This document shows, in pieces, positions 40,678 to 50,734 of a DNA stretch of 64,000 nt. The stretch is taken from positions 5,192 through 69,191 of the forward strand of contig JAIPKD010000005.1 in the NCBI GenBank assembly GCA_021733835.1, written 5' to 3'. The notes below the pieces were generated by a model. The model worked only from the letters and a program-made list of their open reading frames with translations, did no database searches and was not told the DNA's origin. Each line of letters begins with the position of its first letter. Position 1 is the stretch's first letter. Source of the stretch: Verrucomicrobiota bacterium. GTDB lineage: Bacteria; Verrucomicrobiota; Verrucomicrobiia; Limisphaerales; JAIPKD01. The position numbers and the translations under genes were made by a program.

Positions 40678-42027
40678 TCAAATCTTCGTCGGCTCCGGGT
40701 GAGTCCACGGCGCCCTATACTTGCGCTTCAACAGTTTATTGGCTTCATCGTCACCCGGCACACATCCTTGCGCCGGATCAAACGCCAGGCTCCTCCCCAG
40801 TTCCATCGATAGATTACCCAATATACAGGCGGCCGTGGAGATATAACCTTCTTGGATATCCGAAACAGGCCGGCCGCGATCGGCGATACACGACATAAAG
40901 TCTTTCATATGCCACCGCACCGCCGAGGCGCAATGCCGCTCCAGGTCCTTCTCAGTCCTGTCCTCGGGATACTTGTCGTACTCGTACAACGGCTCACCGC
41001 TCAGTGTTTTGCCGCCGTTCAACGGCGTGAATTCGTATCCGTACACGCTGGTCTTCAGCGTCCCCTTATCACCGTAAAAGACCGCGCTCCACGGGTAATC
41101 CTTGTAAACGGATTCGCCCCATGTCCTGTGTTGCCATACCACCTGCAGGTCTTCGTGATCGAACAACACGGTCTGCGTATCCGAAATATTCGCCTTGCTC
41201 GCCTTATCCACAAGGATTCCACCCGAGGAAGTAACCGTCTTCGGCCAACCAAGCTTCAGCATCCATCTGACCATGTCGTACATATGTATGCACATGTCAC
41301 CGACAATACCGTTTCCGTATTCCATGAACGCCCTCCATCCTCGCGGATGCACCCATTCGTTGTAAGGCCGCATCGGCGCGGGGCCGGTCCACATTTCATA
41401 ATCCAGGTATTCCGGCGGCTTGATATCGGGAGGATTCCCCTTAGCGCGCATGTGCCAGTAACAGCATATTTCCACATGCGCAATTTTACCGAGCAATCCT
41501 TCATTAACAACACGGTCGAGCGCCTCGATCAGGTGCGGCGTGCTCCGGCGCTGCATACCTACCTGGACGACACGCTTGTTTTCCCTCGCCGCGGCCAGCA
41601 TCGCTTGGCCTTCGACTATATCCGTACTGATCGGTTCCTGTACGTATACATCGGCGCCCGCCTCGACGGCGGCTATCATGGCCAGCGCGTGCCAGTGATC
41701 CGGCGTAGCGACAAGTACGACGTCCAAATCCTTCTCCTTCAGCATCTCGCGATAGTCGGAATATGTCCTCGGCTTCTTCCCCGATTTCTGACGCGATGCA
41801 ACGATCTCCGCCGCCTCCGCCAGCATCTTGGTATCCACGTCACAAAGCGACACCACATCTACCGGTGCTATTTGAATGAGACGCAAGAGGTCGATCTTTC
41901 CATACCAGCCACAGCCGATAAGCCCCACTCGCTTGGTTTCCATACCACCCATCAAGTCGCCGTACCCGGAGAGACTCGACAGGAACAATCCCGCCGCACT
42001 TACTTTAATAAATTCTCGTCGGTTCAT
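40678..42027 (-). CDS. Tat-exported Gfo/Idh/MocA family oxidoreductase
   Basis: MNRREFIK Tat motif; VGLIGCGWYG; VATPDHWHA; VQVGMQRRS; DMCIHMYD. Confidence 0.9.
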   Translation of the reverse strand: MNRREFIKVSAAGLFLSSLSGYGDLMGGMETKRVGLIGCGWYGKIDLLRLIQIAPVDVVSLCDVDTKMLAEAAEIVASRQKSGKKPRTYSDYREMLKEKDLDVVLVATPDHWHALAMIAAVEAGADVYVQEPISTDIVEGQAMLAAARENKRVVQVGMQRRSTPHLIEALDRVVNEGLLGKIAHVEICCYWHMRAKGNPPDIKPPEYLDYEMWTGPAPMRPYNEWVHPRGWRAFMEYGNGIVGDMCIHMYDMVRWMLKLGWPKTVTSSGGILVDKASKANISDTQTVLFDHEDLQVVWQHRTWGESVYKDYPWSAVFYGDKGTLKTSVYGYEFTPLNGGKTLSGEPLYEYDKYPEDRTEKDLERHCASAVRWHMKDFMSCIADRGRPVSDIQEGYISTAACILGNLSMELGRSLAFDPAQGCVPGDDEANKLLKRKYRAPWTHPEPTKI

Positions 42028-42081
42028 ATATTTCCCTTTTTACATAACTTCTCTTTAATGACAAGCATGTATTCGGGGGAA

Positions 42082-42112
42082 GTGGTTAAGCGGTTAAGTT
42101 GTTAAGTGTTAA
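42082..42112 (+). repeat. Intergenic 8-mer-periodic array (GTGGTTAA GCGGTTAA GTTGTTAA GTGTTAA)
   Basis: Four GTTAA units about 8 nt apart; shares GTGGTTAAGC and TTAAGTGTT with 22070-22107. Confidence 0.6.
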
Positions 42113-42132
42113 AATCGAAGATTTCCTATGAT

Positions 42133-43539
42133 TCAATCCGCCTGAGGAATCTTCTTATTCACTTCAAGCTCTTCATGGTCTTCTTCGGGGGTTGCGGGTA
42201 CAACACTTTTTACCAATACGTTCTTCAAGGTCGTGTAGGTAACTACACCGGAAACGATATTGGCCGCGAACGCCGACCAAAATATACCGATCAAACTACC
42301 GTAAAGCGCGGCGACGTACGCAAACGGCACATACAGTCCGAACATACGCAGCCCCATCAATAATGCCGACGGCAACGGCCTATTGATCCCGTTTAGTATA
42401 TTAATTCCGATCATAAGAACCCCATGGAATCCGTAGCTGAATGAGACAATAACCAGGTACTTCGCCGTCAAACCAACCACCGTCTCATTATCACTGAATA
42501 CGCCCGCAACCTGTTCAGACCATAATTGAGATACCACAAAAAGCATCATACCCCAGCACATCGCAAAAACTATGCTGATATCAAATCCCTTTAGCAACCT
42601 GTCGATGCGCGCCTTCCCCCAATTCTGACCGGCAAAAATAACCATTACCGATCCAAGGGCGTTAACAAACACCAGGGAAAACATCTCCAGGCGGGATACC
42701 ACCCCGAAGGCCGCCACCGCCTCCTCGCCGAACTCGGCGACTATTCGTGTAATTATCCCTATTGACAAAGGAATGATCAGTATACTCGCCGTAGCCGGTA
42801 ATGCTATATATAAAATCTTCTTCCAGACCTCCAAGACCTCGACAAACGCAGGAAGAACCCAGGCAAGCAACTTCTCCCTTACAACCAGGATGTAGAAGGT
42901 TATGACAAACCCCGATGCGCGCGCTATTACAGTTGCCACAGCCGCGCCTTTAATCGACATGGCCGGGATCGGCCCATAGCCGAGGATCAATATCGGGTCC
43001 AGTACGATGTTTACCAGCGCCGCCGCAGTCATGATCATCCCCGGCGTAAATGTATCACCGGTGGCGCGTATAATATTATTTCCTACCATGGGGATAACGA
43101 CAAATATCATGCCCCAGTACCAAATCCTCATGTAATCCTCTATCAACGGAAGCACACTAGGCGTGGCGCCGAGAGCACGGAACATCGGGCGAATCGTCAA
43201 AAGTCCCACAATTACAAACACGGAAATCACCAACAGTCCGAGTACTATGGCCGAAGTGGCATATTGCTTTATTACGCTCCTTTCTTCTACATTGATCGTC
43301 CGCGAAATCAGAGACGACACCCCTATGCCGATCCCGATGGCCATGCTGCCGATCACAAGCACTACGGGGAATGTAAAGCCTATCGCCGCCAATTCATTTA
43401 CCCCGACCATGCCCAGAAAGTAGGTGTCGGCCAAATTGAACACCACCATCCCCAGCATTCCAAACACCATCGGCCAAACCAACTTGATAAGCATCGGAGC
43501 TATGGAGCCCTGTGTTAAATCCCTCTGTTTCGTCCTCAT
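42133..43539 (-). CDS. MATE family efflux transporter
   Basis: DLTQGSI...LVWPMVFG...NLADTYFLG; IRATGDT; NIVLDPILI; about 12 TM helices. Confidence 0.92.
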   Translation of the reverse strand: MRTKQRDLTQGSIAPMLIKLVWPMVFGMLGMVVFNLADTYFLGMVGVNELAAIGFTFPVVLVIGSMAIGIGIGVSSLISRTINVEERSVIKQYATSAIVLGLLVISVFVIVGLLTIRPMFRALGATPSVLPLIEDYMRIWYWGMIFVVIPMVGNNIIRATGDTFTPGMIMTAAALVNIVLDPILILGYGPIPAMSIKGAAVATVIARASGFVITFYILVVREKLLAWVLPAFVEVLEVWKKILYIALPATASILIIPLSIGIITRIVAEFGEEAVAAFGVVSRLEMFSLVFVNALGSVMVIFAGQNWGKARIDRLLKGFDISIVFAMCWGMMLFVVSQLWSEQVAGVFSDNETVVGLTAKYLVIVSFSYGFHGVLMIGINILNGINRPLPSALLMGLRMFGLYVPFAYVAALYGSLIGIFWSAFAANIVSGVVTYTTLKNVLVKSVVPATPEEDHEELEVNKKIPQAD

Positions 43540-43691
43540 AAGCGGGGATTACACATCCGTTGTTTCGAGCGCCCTCCTTTACTCACACACCCCGTCCGGC
43601 GAATATAAAAAACGGGATAACCGCCTATATTTAATAAGCACGATAACATCGAATATCCGGAGGGTATGAATTTTATAACCTCGATAACATT

Positions 43692-44609
43692 TTAAAATCT
43701 TTTTGTATATCCATGACAGTATGGCTTCACGCCCTTCTTTTCATAATAATCCTGATGGTATTCCTCGGCTTCGTAGAACACCGATGCCGGTCGCAGCTCC
43801 GTCGATACATTGTAACCCTTCTCCTTGAGAATTTGAATCAGTTTCAATGCAATCTTCTTCTGCTCCTCGTTCTTGTAAAAAATGACCGACCGATATTGCT
43901 CGCCTATGTCCGGCCCCTGCCCGTTTACTTGGGTAGGATCATGAATCTCGAAAAATAGTCTTGCCAACTCCTCGTATGTGGTTTTCCCTGGATCGTACTC
44001 GACTTTCACGGCCTCGAGATGGCCGGTCACACCCTTGCATACTTCTTCGTATGATGGACTCTCCTTTCGACCGCCGGTAAATCCAGCGACAACGGAATGC
44101 ACACCCTTCGCCTTTTCCATGTAATACTCTACACCCCAAAAACAACCGCCTGCAAAAACGGCGGCCTCCATCTTCTCAGTTTCGTCAGTCTCTTGCCGTC
44201 GAACAAAATTCAGGGAAATCGAATTCACACAATGCCTGGTATTCTTCGGCGTAAATTCTTCTCCATGAAAAACATGCCCCAAATGCGCGCCGCAATTGGA
44301 ACATACGATCTCCGTGCGTACACCGTCTGCATCCGGCTGCTTCTTTATCGCGCCTTCTAAGGCATCGTCGAAACTCGGCCAGCCACAATGTGAATCGAAC
44401 TTGTCGCCCGACTGGAACAACGGCGCGTCGCATCGCTTGCAAACGTAAACACCGTCCGCCTTATGATTAACATACTTACCGCTCCACGGGCGTTCAGTCC
44501 CCTTTTCAATGATCACCCGCCGTTCCTCGGCTGTAAGTTTATTATACTCGGGCGCCGGAGCACCGGATGCCCCCGACATTAACGCAGCTAAAAATATATA
44601 AGCCAACAT
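43692..44609 (-). CDS. msrAB: Bifunctional peptide-methionine sulfoxide reductase MsrB-MsrA, exported
   Basis: Signal peptide; MsrB GTERPWSG, CGWPSF, HLGHVF, RHCVNS; MsrA GGCFWG, GHLEAV, EEYHQDY. Confidence 0.95.
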   Translation of the reverse strand: MLAYIFLAALMSGASGAPAPEYNKLTAEERRVIIEKGTERPWSGKYVNHKADGVYVCKRCDAPLFQSGDKFDSHCGWPSFDDALEGAIKKQPDADGVRTEIVCSNCGAHLGHVFHGEEFTPKNTRHCVNSISLNFVRRQETDETEKMEAAVFAGGCFWGVEYYMEKAKGVHSVVAGFTGGRKESPSYEEVCKGVTGHLEAVKVEYDPGKTTYEELARLFFEIHDPTQVNGQGPDIGEQYRSVIFYKNEEQKKIALKLIQILKEKGYNVSTELRPASVFYEAEEYHQDYYEKKGVKPYCHGYTKRF

Positions 44610-44705
44610 ACCTCCCTAACAATTACACTGTTTCCCATGATATTCAATTTTGAGGTGCAAGACTCAGGACAAATTCATTAGTACATTAAAGCACCTGCCT
44701 TCCTC

Positions 44706-44747
44706 AAATCGGTATCGAAATCGAAATCGAAATCGGTATCAGGATCA
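44706..44747 (+). repeat. Hexamer tandem array AAATCG GTATCG AAATCG AAATCG AAATCG GTATCA GGATCA
   Basis: Seven consecutive NNATC(G/A) units 10 nt from the ABC-class ATPase stop codon; the reverse complement gives CGATTT units like those at 22146 and 30415. Confidence 0.8.
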
Positions 44748-44756
44748 CAACCACCT

Positions 44757-46472
44757 TTACCGGACCTGCTCGACCACCAATGTCCGTAACCGGTTGATCG
44801 CCGAAGCAAGCTCGAATCTGCGGAAGCCCGCAAAATCACCGGCCGGTCTGCGGCTCAACCCGTCCAATCCGTCTTTCTTCACGTCTCCCATGATCAAATC
44901 AATCACCTCACGTAGTCCACGTGTGCCGTCGGCATAATTCTTCACGCAACACATGGCCTCGGCTATTGCGCGGGTCTGACTCGGATCAACAAGTTGCTCG
45001 ACGGCGCTGAGATCGATTTCGTTCTCGCCGAATTGAATGGTATTCAAGCCGCGTAATTTGATCTTTACGGCGCGCTTACCCTTGCTTGGATCGAGAGACT
45101 CCGGTTTGGGCGCGCGCGGTACAACTGCGCCGAACTCCTCGCCGCCCTCGTTACTACGCTCGGTCTTGTATTTTCGCGCAACCGTTTTCGCATTTTCGGT
45201 GACGTCAAACGGAAGGTATTCCTGCATACAGATCACATGATCCGCCACATCAAAATAATCACCCGAACCGCCAAGCACCAGAACGGTTGAAACACCATAG
45301 TCTGTATACAACTGCCGGACTTTATCAATGAACGGAGTAATCGGTTCATGCGATTTTGCGACCAGTTCCTGCATTCTGTGATCGCGAATCATGAAGTTTG
45401 TCGCGGAGGTGTCCTCATCGATAAGCAACGTAGACACGCCTATCTCAAGGGCTTCAATGATGTTCGCCGCCTGTGACGTACTGCCGCTTGCGTCTTCAGA
45501 GGAAAAATCCGATGTCCGCTTCCCAAGGGGCAGGTTGTTGATAAACGGTGTGATCCCGACCTTCTCGATACGGCGTCCGTCCTCGGAGCGTATCTTGACC
45601 GTGTCCGGATCGCTCACCACATACTCCCTGCCGTCGCCGGGGATATGATTATACACACCCATTTCCAGGGCGGATAGCAGAGTCGATTTTCCATGATACC
45701 CGCCGCCGACGATCAGGTTGACGCCCTTCGGCACACCCATCCCTCGGATAACGCCGCTGTTTGGGGATGTGAATTCGACCTGGAATTCGTCCGGCGCCTT
45801 GAAGCAGACGACATCCGAGCCCTGCATCGGGCGCGCATCCACGCCGCTCCTGCGCGGCAGGATTGCGCCGTCGTTAATGAACGCAATATACCCCGCGCCG
45901 GCCAGCTGCCCACGAATCGAATCGGCGTCCTCGACCGTCTTTACATGCCGGTATAAGGCGTCTGCGTCGAGGTTCTTAAAGAATAACGACTCTTCGACAA
46001 TTGCCGGGAGCTCTTCAAAAAAGACGGCCTCAGCCTGGCGCCCCGCTATCCTGCGTCCGAACGCAGGCAATGCCACAACGAACCTCGCCTCGACACCGGC
46101 GTCATCTACGATTACGGAAGTACGCTCCAGCACCTCTTGCGTAGGGCGGTCTATGGCCACGGCGCCGCTCTTGCCGCTGCCCCTTGATCCCTTTGTGTTC
46201 CGTCGAATCGCGCCGTGGAAACAGCGGGTCAAATAATCGCAGAGACCTATGTTCCGGCTTACACCGTTAAAGGTATCCCCGGGAAAACGCGCCGTACTCT
46301 GATCCAGCAACACACGCACCCGGCTGGGCGCGGCAAATGGATCACCTTGTACATGGTCTATGTATAACGTATAGAACCCAAACCGATACTGGCCTTGAAT
46401 ATCCTTGTACGCACCATAACCTTTTCCGTCGATTCTCCTTAATTGATCCCTTAAATCTCTATCTGTCGACAT
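44757..46472 (-). CDS. ATPase of the ABC class (PF09818-like)
   Basis: LRRIDGKGYGAYKDI, DHVQGDPFAAPSR, Walker A GGGYHGKST, ASGSTSQAANI, LIDEDTSATNFMIRD. Confidence 0.85.
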   Translation of the reverse strand: MSTDRDLRDQLRRIDGKGYGAYKDIQGQYRFGFYTLYIDHVQGDPFAAPSRVRVLLDQSTARFPGDTFNGVSRNIGLCDYLTRCFHGAIRRNTKGSRGSGKSGAVAIDRPTQEVLERTSVIVDDAGVEARFVVALPAFGRRIAGRQAEAVFFEELPAIVEESLFFKNLDADALYRHVKTVEDADSIRGQLAGAGYIAFINDGAILPRRSGVDARPMQGSDVVCFKAPDEFQVEFTSPNSGVIRGMGVPKGVNLIVGGGYHGKSTLLSALEMGVYNHIPGDGREYVVSDPDTVKIRSEDGRRIEKVGITPFINNLPLGKRTSDFSSEDASGSTSQAANIIEALEIGVSTLLIDEDTSATNFMIRDHRMQELVAKSHEPITPFIDKVRQLYTDYGVSTVLVLGGSGDYFDVADHVICMQEYLPFDVTENAKTVARKYKTERSNEGGEEFGAVVPRAPKPESLDPSKGKRAVKIKLRGLNTIQFGENEIDLSAVEQLVDPSQTRAIAEAMCCVKNYADGTRGLREVIDLIMGDVKKDGLDGLSRRPAGDFAGFRRFELASAINRLRTLVVEQVR

Positions 46473-46663
46473 AACTATCCATTTCACCTTCAATAATCAG
46501 ATTATCACCGGAGAAGATAAATCGGCCGGTAGCCGAATAACAACAGAGAAACCCCTTCACCGGCTTCGATTGAAGTTAATACAGGAGTCGTGCAAATGAC
46601 AAATAAATAACATTTCAGTCTTGAAATGATCAGATAAGACATGAGGCAGACTCGGCGCATTTA

Positions 46664-47254
46664 TCAACGTTTCTTCGCTCGCTCGACACGACCATCGAAA
46701 AACAACGCATTCTTTCCGGTCCATTCCCCATGTGCCTGGTGAAAAGGATTCGCATCACCAACCAGTGGTGTGTTGATACGTCCGCCGAAGATCAATTCAA
46801 CTATTGATTTGGTCACCGGCGACCAATCCTGTGGCCGATTATAGGAAGCACCGTTAAGGAAATGATTCCATTCGTAACTGATCTGTTCCTCTGGGAAGAT
46901 ACTCTGGTCTGAGGGACACTTAAAAACTTGCTTGGCTCTCAAATACGGTTCCAAAGTAGTATTAAGCGCCGGCAAATTGGTGTCGACACTCGGCAATTGT
47001 GCGCAAGACGGTAGATGTTGTTCGTTGTTTTGAATGTATAACTCGAATGCGATACCTATCTGTCGAAGATTACTTATGCAAGCCACTTCATTTGCGCTGC
47101 GTTTTGCTCGACCTAATACAGGCAAAAGCAGGCCGGCAAGGATTCCTATTATCGCTATAACTACCAGTAACTCTATCAGTGTGAATCCAACGCATTTTGA
47201 TAATGTCGATAGTGATTTCGTAAGTATTGAACGTGACACCTGTAATTTTCTCAT
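46664..47254 (-). CDS. Prepilin-type N-terminal cleavage/methylation protein with C-terminal H-X9-DG-like motif
   Basis: [25 protein letters not shown]; CISNLRQIG; H...[11 protein letters not shown]. Confidence 0.88.
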   Translation of the reverse strand: MRKLQVSRSILTKSLSTLSKCVGFTLIELLVVIAIIGILAGLLLPVLGRAKRSANEVACISNLRQIGIAFELYIQNNEQHLPSCAQLPSVDTNLPALNTTLEPYLRAKQVFKCPSDQSIFPEEQISYEWNHFLNGASYNRPQDWSPVTKSIVELIFGGRINTPLVGDANPFHQAHGEWTGKNALFFDGRVERAKKR

Positions 47255-47263
47255 AATAAATCC

Positions 47264-47794
47264 TTAAGGATTCTGTACTTCATTGAGCGTAATCATTAGT
47301 TCAGTGATTACCGGCGCTGTGGCTGCTCGGTATCGGATATCTTGTTGCAGATATCGTGATGCAGCCTGTTGAAAAATTATACGGCTGTCAGGCTCATTCA
47401 ATCGGTTCCGAAGCGCTGCTTTTTCCTCAGATGACATTGTAGTTCGGTATTCGGCAATCCATTCCGCCATGGCGTTTACATACTTTTGCCTTTTCGAATT
47501 CGGAATATGTTTTGAAATCATTCGAAGCCCCTTTATATGGTCTACATTAAAGAAATCCAAAAACGCATCGCGACGGTTTTTCGGATCGGAAAGTGATCCG
47601 TACCGGGATTCCAAAAACCGTTCCACCGGTTCTGAGGCCTCGCGTGCCGCTATCGCCGCCTTTATGTCTTTAACCGCATTAACCGGAGTATAGCGTTTGA
47701 ATTTATAATACCAAAACCCTGTTCCAGCGGCTAAAATGACCACTCCGGTCAATAACAGAATAAACATGTATTTTACGAACCTATTAATTTTCAT
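47264..47794 (-). CDS. Hypothetical membrane-anchored helical protein
   Basis: 176-aa ORF with an N-terminal TM; ends 9 nt before the prepilin-like gene. Confidence 0.6.
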   Translation of the reverse strand: MKINRFVKYMFILLLTGVVILAAGTGFWYYKFKRYTPVNAVKDIKAAIAAREASEPVERFLESRYGSLSDPKNRRDAFLDFFNVDHIKGLRMISKHIPNSKRQKYVNAMAEWIAEYRTTMSSEEKAALRNRLNEPDSRIIFQQAASRYLQQDIRYRAATAPVITELMITLNEVQNP

Positions 47795-47979
47795 GATATA
47801 ACACTTATTACCTATTGAATGATTTATCTAATTTAGCCGTTAATATGATCTTATCGATTAAGCATGGTCGAAGATTTGGATAAATTGATGGTATACGATT
47901 ATATAATCAGCCTCATACATCATTCTCCCAAACTCAAGTGTATAAGCAAATAACTTAAACCACAACTTGGTTCCGCCGG

Positions 47980-48855
47980 CTATAGTTTTTCGATATCCTT
48001 GAGCTTGAAAGCCTTTAGTATGTCCTTAATTTTCACGTCGTTTTTATATTCCTCGGATGCCGCCACAGCTCGTATTTCGACATTGCCGACAAGAATGAAA
48101 TAATGCCGATCTTCCATCCCCATCCCTCTGTATCCTTCAAAATTTTCATTCCCGTAGAATTCCTGTTTATCGTGCGTGTAGAATATGTGAAACCAAATAA
48201 GACGATTAGCTGAAACATCCCCTTTTTCCAGTAATCTTACAGAGAGGATATCTTTTACATCTCCCTCTTCGTCGCCATCATCCAAATATTTGACTTGCCA
48301 TTCCCTATCTTCGCCTATATACTCTTGATCCGGAAGTATTGTAAAGATCAGTGTTTCGAGTTTTTCCTTGTCGTCTGCAGGCAGTTGGACTCCCGGCGTG
48401 GACCCATTCTTCCATAGACTGGATAGAGTTTGCAACTCCTCCAAGCGATCCCATGTCTCGGAGTTGTCCATGAACGAAATGTATGTGACCCGAACCGTAT
48501 TATCGCTCTTCTTAAGCTGGATACCGTATCCATCATCTTCATTCCGCCACAAACCGATATGTGAATCCCCTGCATACGATTCATTCTCGTACTCCTTATA
48601 CCGTTTATTCAACGCCTCGCGGATTGCCTCAAAGGAAACGTCTTCGGGATAATTGACCGTAACGGAGAAATATCGTCCCTCCTTGATGTCTGTACTGATT
48701 GAAGATGGATAAACAGCCTCCGGTTCACCCGGAAGAACGAGGGCAGTCGATTCATCAGTCGGCTTACCAAGGGTACCCGGATTGAAGTAGCGCAAATCCC
48801 CGGCGATCGCCGCAACAGATGTCAGTATAAACAATAACAGAATTCGATTTAACAT
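47980..48855 (-). CDS. Hypothetical secreted acidic protein
   Basis: 291-aa ORF with signal peptide (MLNRILLLFILTSVAAIA); no family recognised. Confidence 0.6.
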   Translation of the reverse strand: MLNRILLLFILTSVAAIAGDLRYFNPGTLGKPTDESTALVLPGEPEAVYPSSISTDIKEGRYFSVTVNYPEDVSFEAIREALNKRYKEYENESYAGDSHIGLWRNEDDGYGIQLKKSDNTVRVTYISFMDNSETWDRLEELQTLSSLWKNGSTPGVQLPADDKEKLETLIFTILPDQEYIGEDREWQVKYLDDGDEEGDVKDILSVRLLEKGDVSANRLIWFHIFYTHDKQEFYGNENFEGYRGMGMEDRHYFILVGNVEIRAVAASEEYKNDVKIKDILKAFKLKDIEKL

Positions 48856-48980
48856 AACTAACCTTTAGAACGATGTTCATTACGGTTTCAAAAACAACTG
48901 CATATCAAACCACAAAAACAGCGCAACGCTTTATGACGCACTTTAGCCACGCTGTTATTTGCAGTGTATGCACTAGCACA

Positions 48981-50429
48981 TCACATCAGACCAAGTTTCC
49001 TTGCAATACCATTTCCATAGTTTTCGTCCGTTTTACGGAAATGCGCAATCATCTTCTCCTGGAGTTCCTTGGGCACATTGCCTAGGCTCCCGCTTATGTT
49101 TTCGACAAGTCTCTCCTGTTGCTCCGGAGACATCAACCTGAAAAGGTTACCCGGTTGGATATAATCATCATCGACACCGCGCTTCTGTTCGTAGCGGTCG
49201 GCATCCCCGGAAATCCTCAGTGGCGGTTCGGCATACGTCGGATCGGCAACTGGGCCGCCCATGCTGTTGGGCTCGTAGTTCGGATCCGCTCCGCCGTTAT
49301 CATCGAACCTCATAGCGCCATCCCGTTGGTAGACGTTTTGTACGGTCGCCGCACGCGGAGCATTGATAGGAAGCCGCTCGAAATTGGCGCCCAGCCGGTA
49401 ACGATGCGCGTCGGCATATGAGAAGATTCGGGCCTGCAGCATTTTACATGGTGAAAATGAAATCCCGGGAACTACATTCGCCGGCGAGAAGGCGGATTGC
49501 TCGACTTCGGCGAAGTAATTCGCCGGATTACGGTTCAGCTCCATCACGCCGACCTCGATCAATGGATAATCAGTGTGTGGCCATACCTTTGTCAGGTCAA
49601 ACGGGTTCCAGCGATACTCTTCCGCCTCTTTTTCAGGCATTATCTGAACATACAACGTCCATTTCGGACAGTCACCTCTCTCGATCGCCTTGAACAGTTC
49701 AATAGTGTGGTAATCAGGACATTCCCCGGCCAGTTTCTTGGCCTCATCCACCGGCATGCACCGGATGCCCTGCTGCGTCTTGAAGTGAAACTTGACCCAG
49801 AAGCGTTCGTTGTCGGCATTGATAAAACTGTAGGTATGACTCCCGTATCCGTTCATGTACGGTATACCCATTGGAATACCGCGATCCGAGAATAGGATTG
49901 TCACCTGGTGAAGCGCCTCTGGCACTTGAGACCAGAAGTCCCATTGCGCAAAGTCCCTCGGGGCGTTTGTTTGGGGTTCGCGCTTTTGGGTATGAATGAA
50001 ATCAGGGAACTTAATCGCATCGCGAATAAAGAACACCGGCGTATTGTTCCCCACCATATCCCAATTGCCCTCTTCGGTGTAAAACTTTAAAGAGAACCCG
50101 CGGACATCACGTACTGTGTCAGCCGATCCTTTTTCGCCGGCGACCGTCGAAAATCGTCCGAACATCTCGGTCTTCTTGCCGACCTCAGAGAACAACCGCG
50201 CTTTCGTATATTTCGTTATATCATTGGTCACGGTGAACACACCATGCGCGCCGGTGGCCTTTGCGTGGACGACGCGCTCGGGGATTCGCTCCCTGTTGAA
50301 GTGGGCAAGCTTTTCCAGCAGATAGTGGTCTTGCAGAAGAGTCGGACCGCGTTCACCGGCGGTCAAAGACGTCTGGTTATCTGAAACGGGAATCCCTGCC
50401 GCAGTGGTTAATATCTTCTTTTCACTCAT
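48981..50429 (-). CDS. katA: Monofunctional heme catalase (small-subunit type)
   Basis: Start at MSEKK with GAGGAG upstream; [45 protein letters not shown]. Confidence 0.95.
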   Translation of the reverse strand: MSEKKILTTAAGIPVSDNQTSLTAGERGPTLLQDHYLLEKLAHFNRERIPERVVHAKATGAHGVFTVTNDITKYTKARLFSEVGKKTEMFGRFSTVAGEKGSADTVRDVRGFSLKFYTEEGNWDMVGNNTPVFFIRDAIKFPDFIHTQKREPQTNAPRDFAQWDFWSQVPEALHQVTILFSDRGIPMGIPYMNGYGSHTYSFINADNERFWVKFHFKTQQGIRCMPVDEAKKLAGECPDYHTIELFKAIERGDCPKWTLYVQIMPEKEAEEYRWNPFDLTKVWPHTDYPLIEVGVMELNRNPANYFAEVEQSAFSPANVVPGISFSPCKMLQARIFSYADAHRYRLGANFERLPINAPRAATVQNVYQRDGAMRFDDNGGADPNYEPNSMGGPVADPTYAEPPLRISGDADRYEQKRGVDDDYIQPGNLFRLMSPEQQERLVENISGSLGNVPKELQEKMIAHFRKTDENYGNGIARKLGLM

Positions 50430-50734
50430 TATATTCTCCTCAAGTGTTCGGTTATAGTTGTTTCTAAAGCTTAAATCATCCAACTCCCAGGCCGCCGCTA
50501 AAAAACCACCGGCCACCGATCATGCATTTTCGGTATGTTGATACCTGGTTCGCATTTAAGGACAATATTGCATTTAATTCCTAATATTACACTGCATCGC
50601 ATAAAAACTCCAGCTCGAAATCAAGGGTGAACTCATCAATCGCCATCATTGCGCAGTCGGTAATTCCACACAAACCCACTCGAACCTTCATTTCCGGCGT
50701 GACGCATCGAATTATTCATGCCATTTTTCCTGCC

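Noticed and set aside
43692-44609. Selenocysteine or recoding in MsrBA or LarC
   Set aside because: Catalytic positions are ordinary Cys codons (GCFW, RHCVN) and both ORFs are uninterrupted.
11569-44747. Periodic arrays as CRISPR repeats or integron attC sites
   Set aside because: There is no repeat-spacer alternation, no cas genes, no RYYYAAC/GTTRRRY-bounded hairpins and no integron integrase.
50535-50595. AT-rich AATATT...AATATT tract upstream of catalase as a PerR/Fur/OxyR box
   Set aside because: It does not match those consensus sequences well enough to call, though a regulator site here is plausible.
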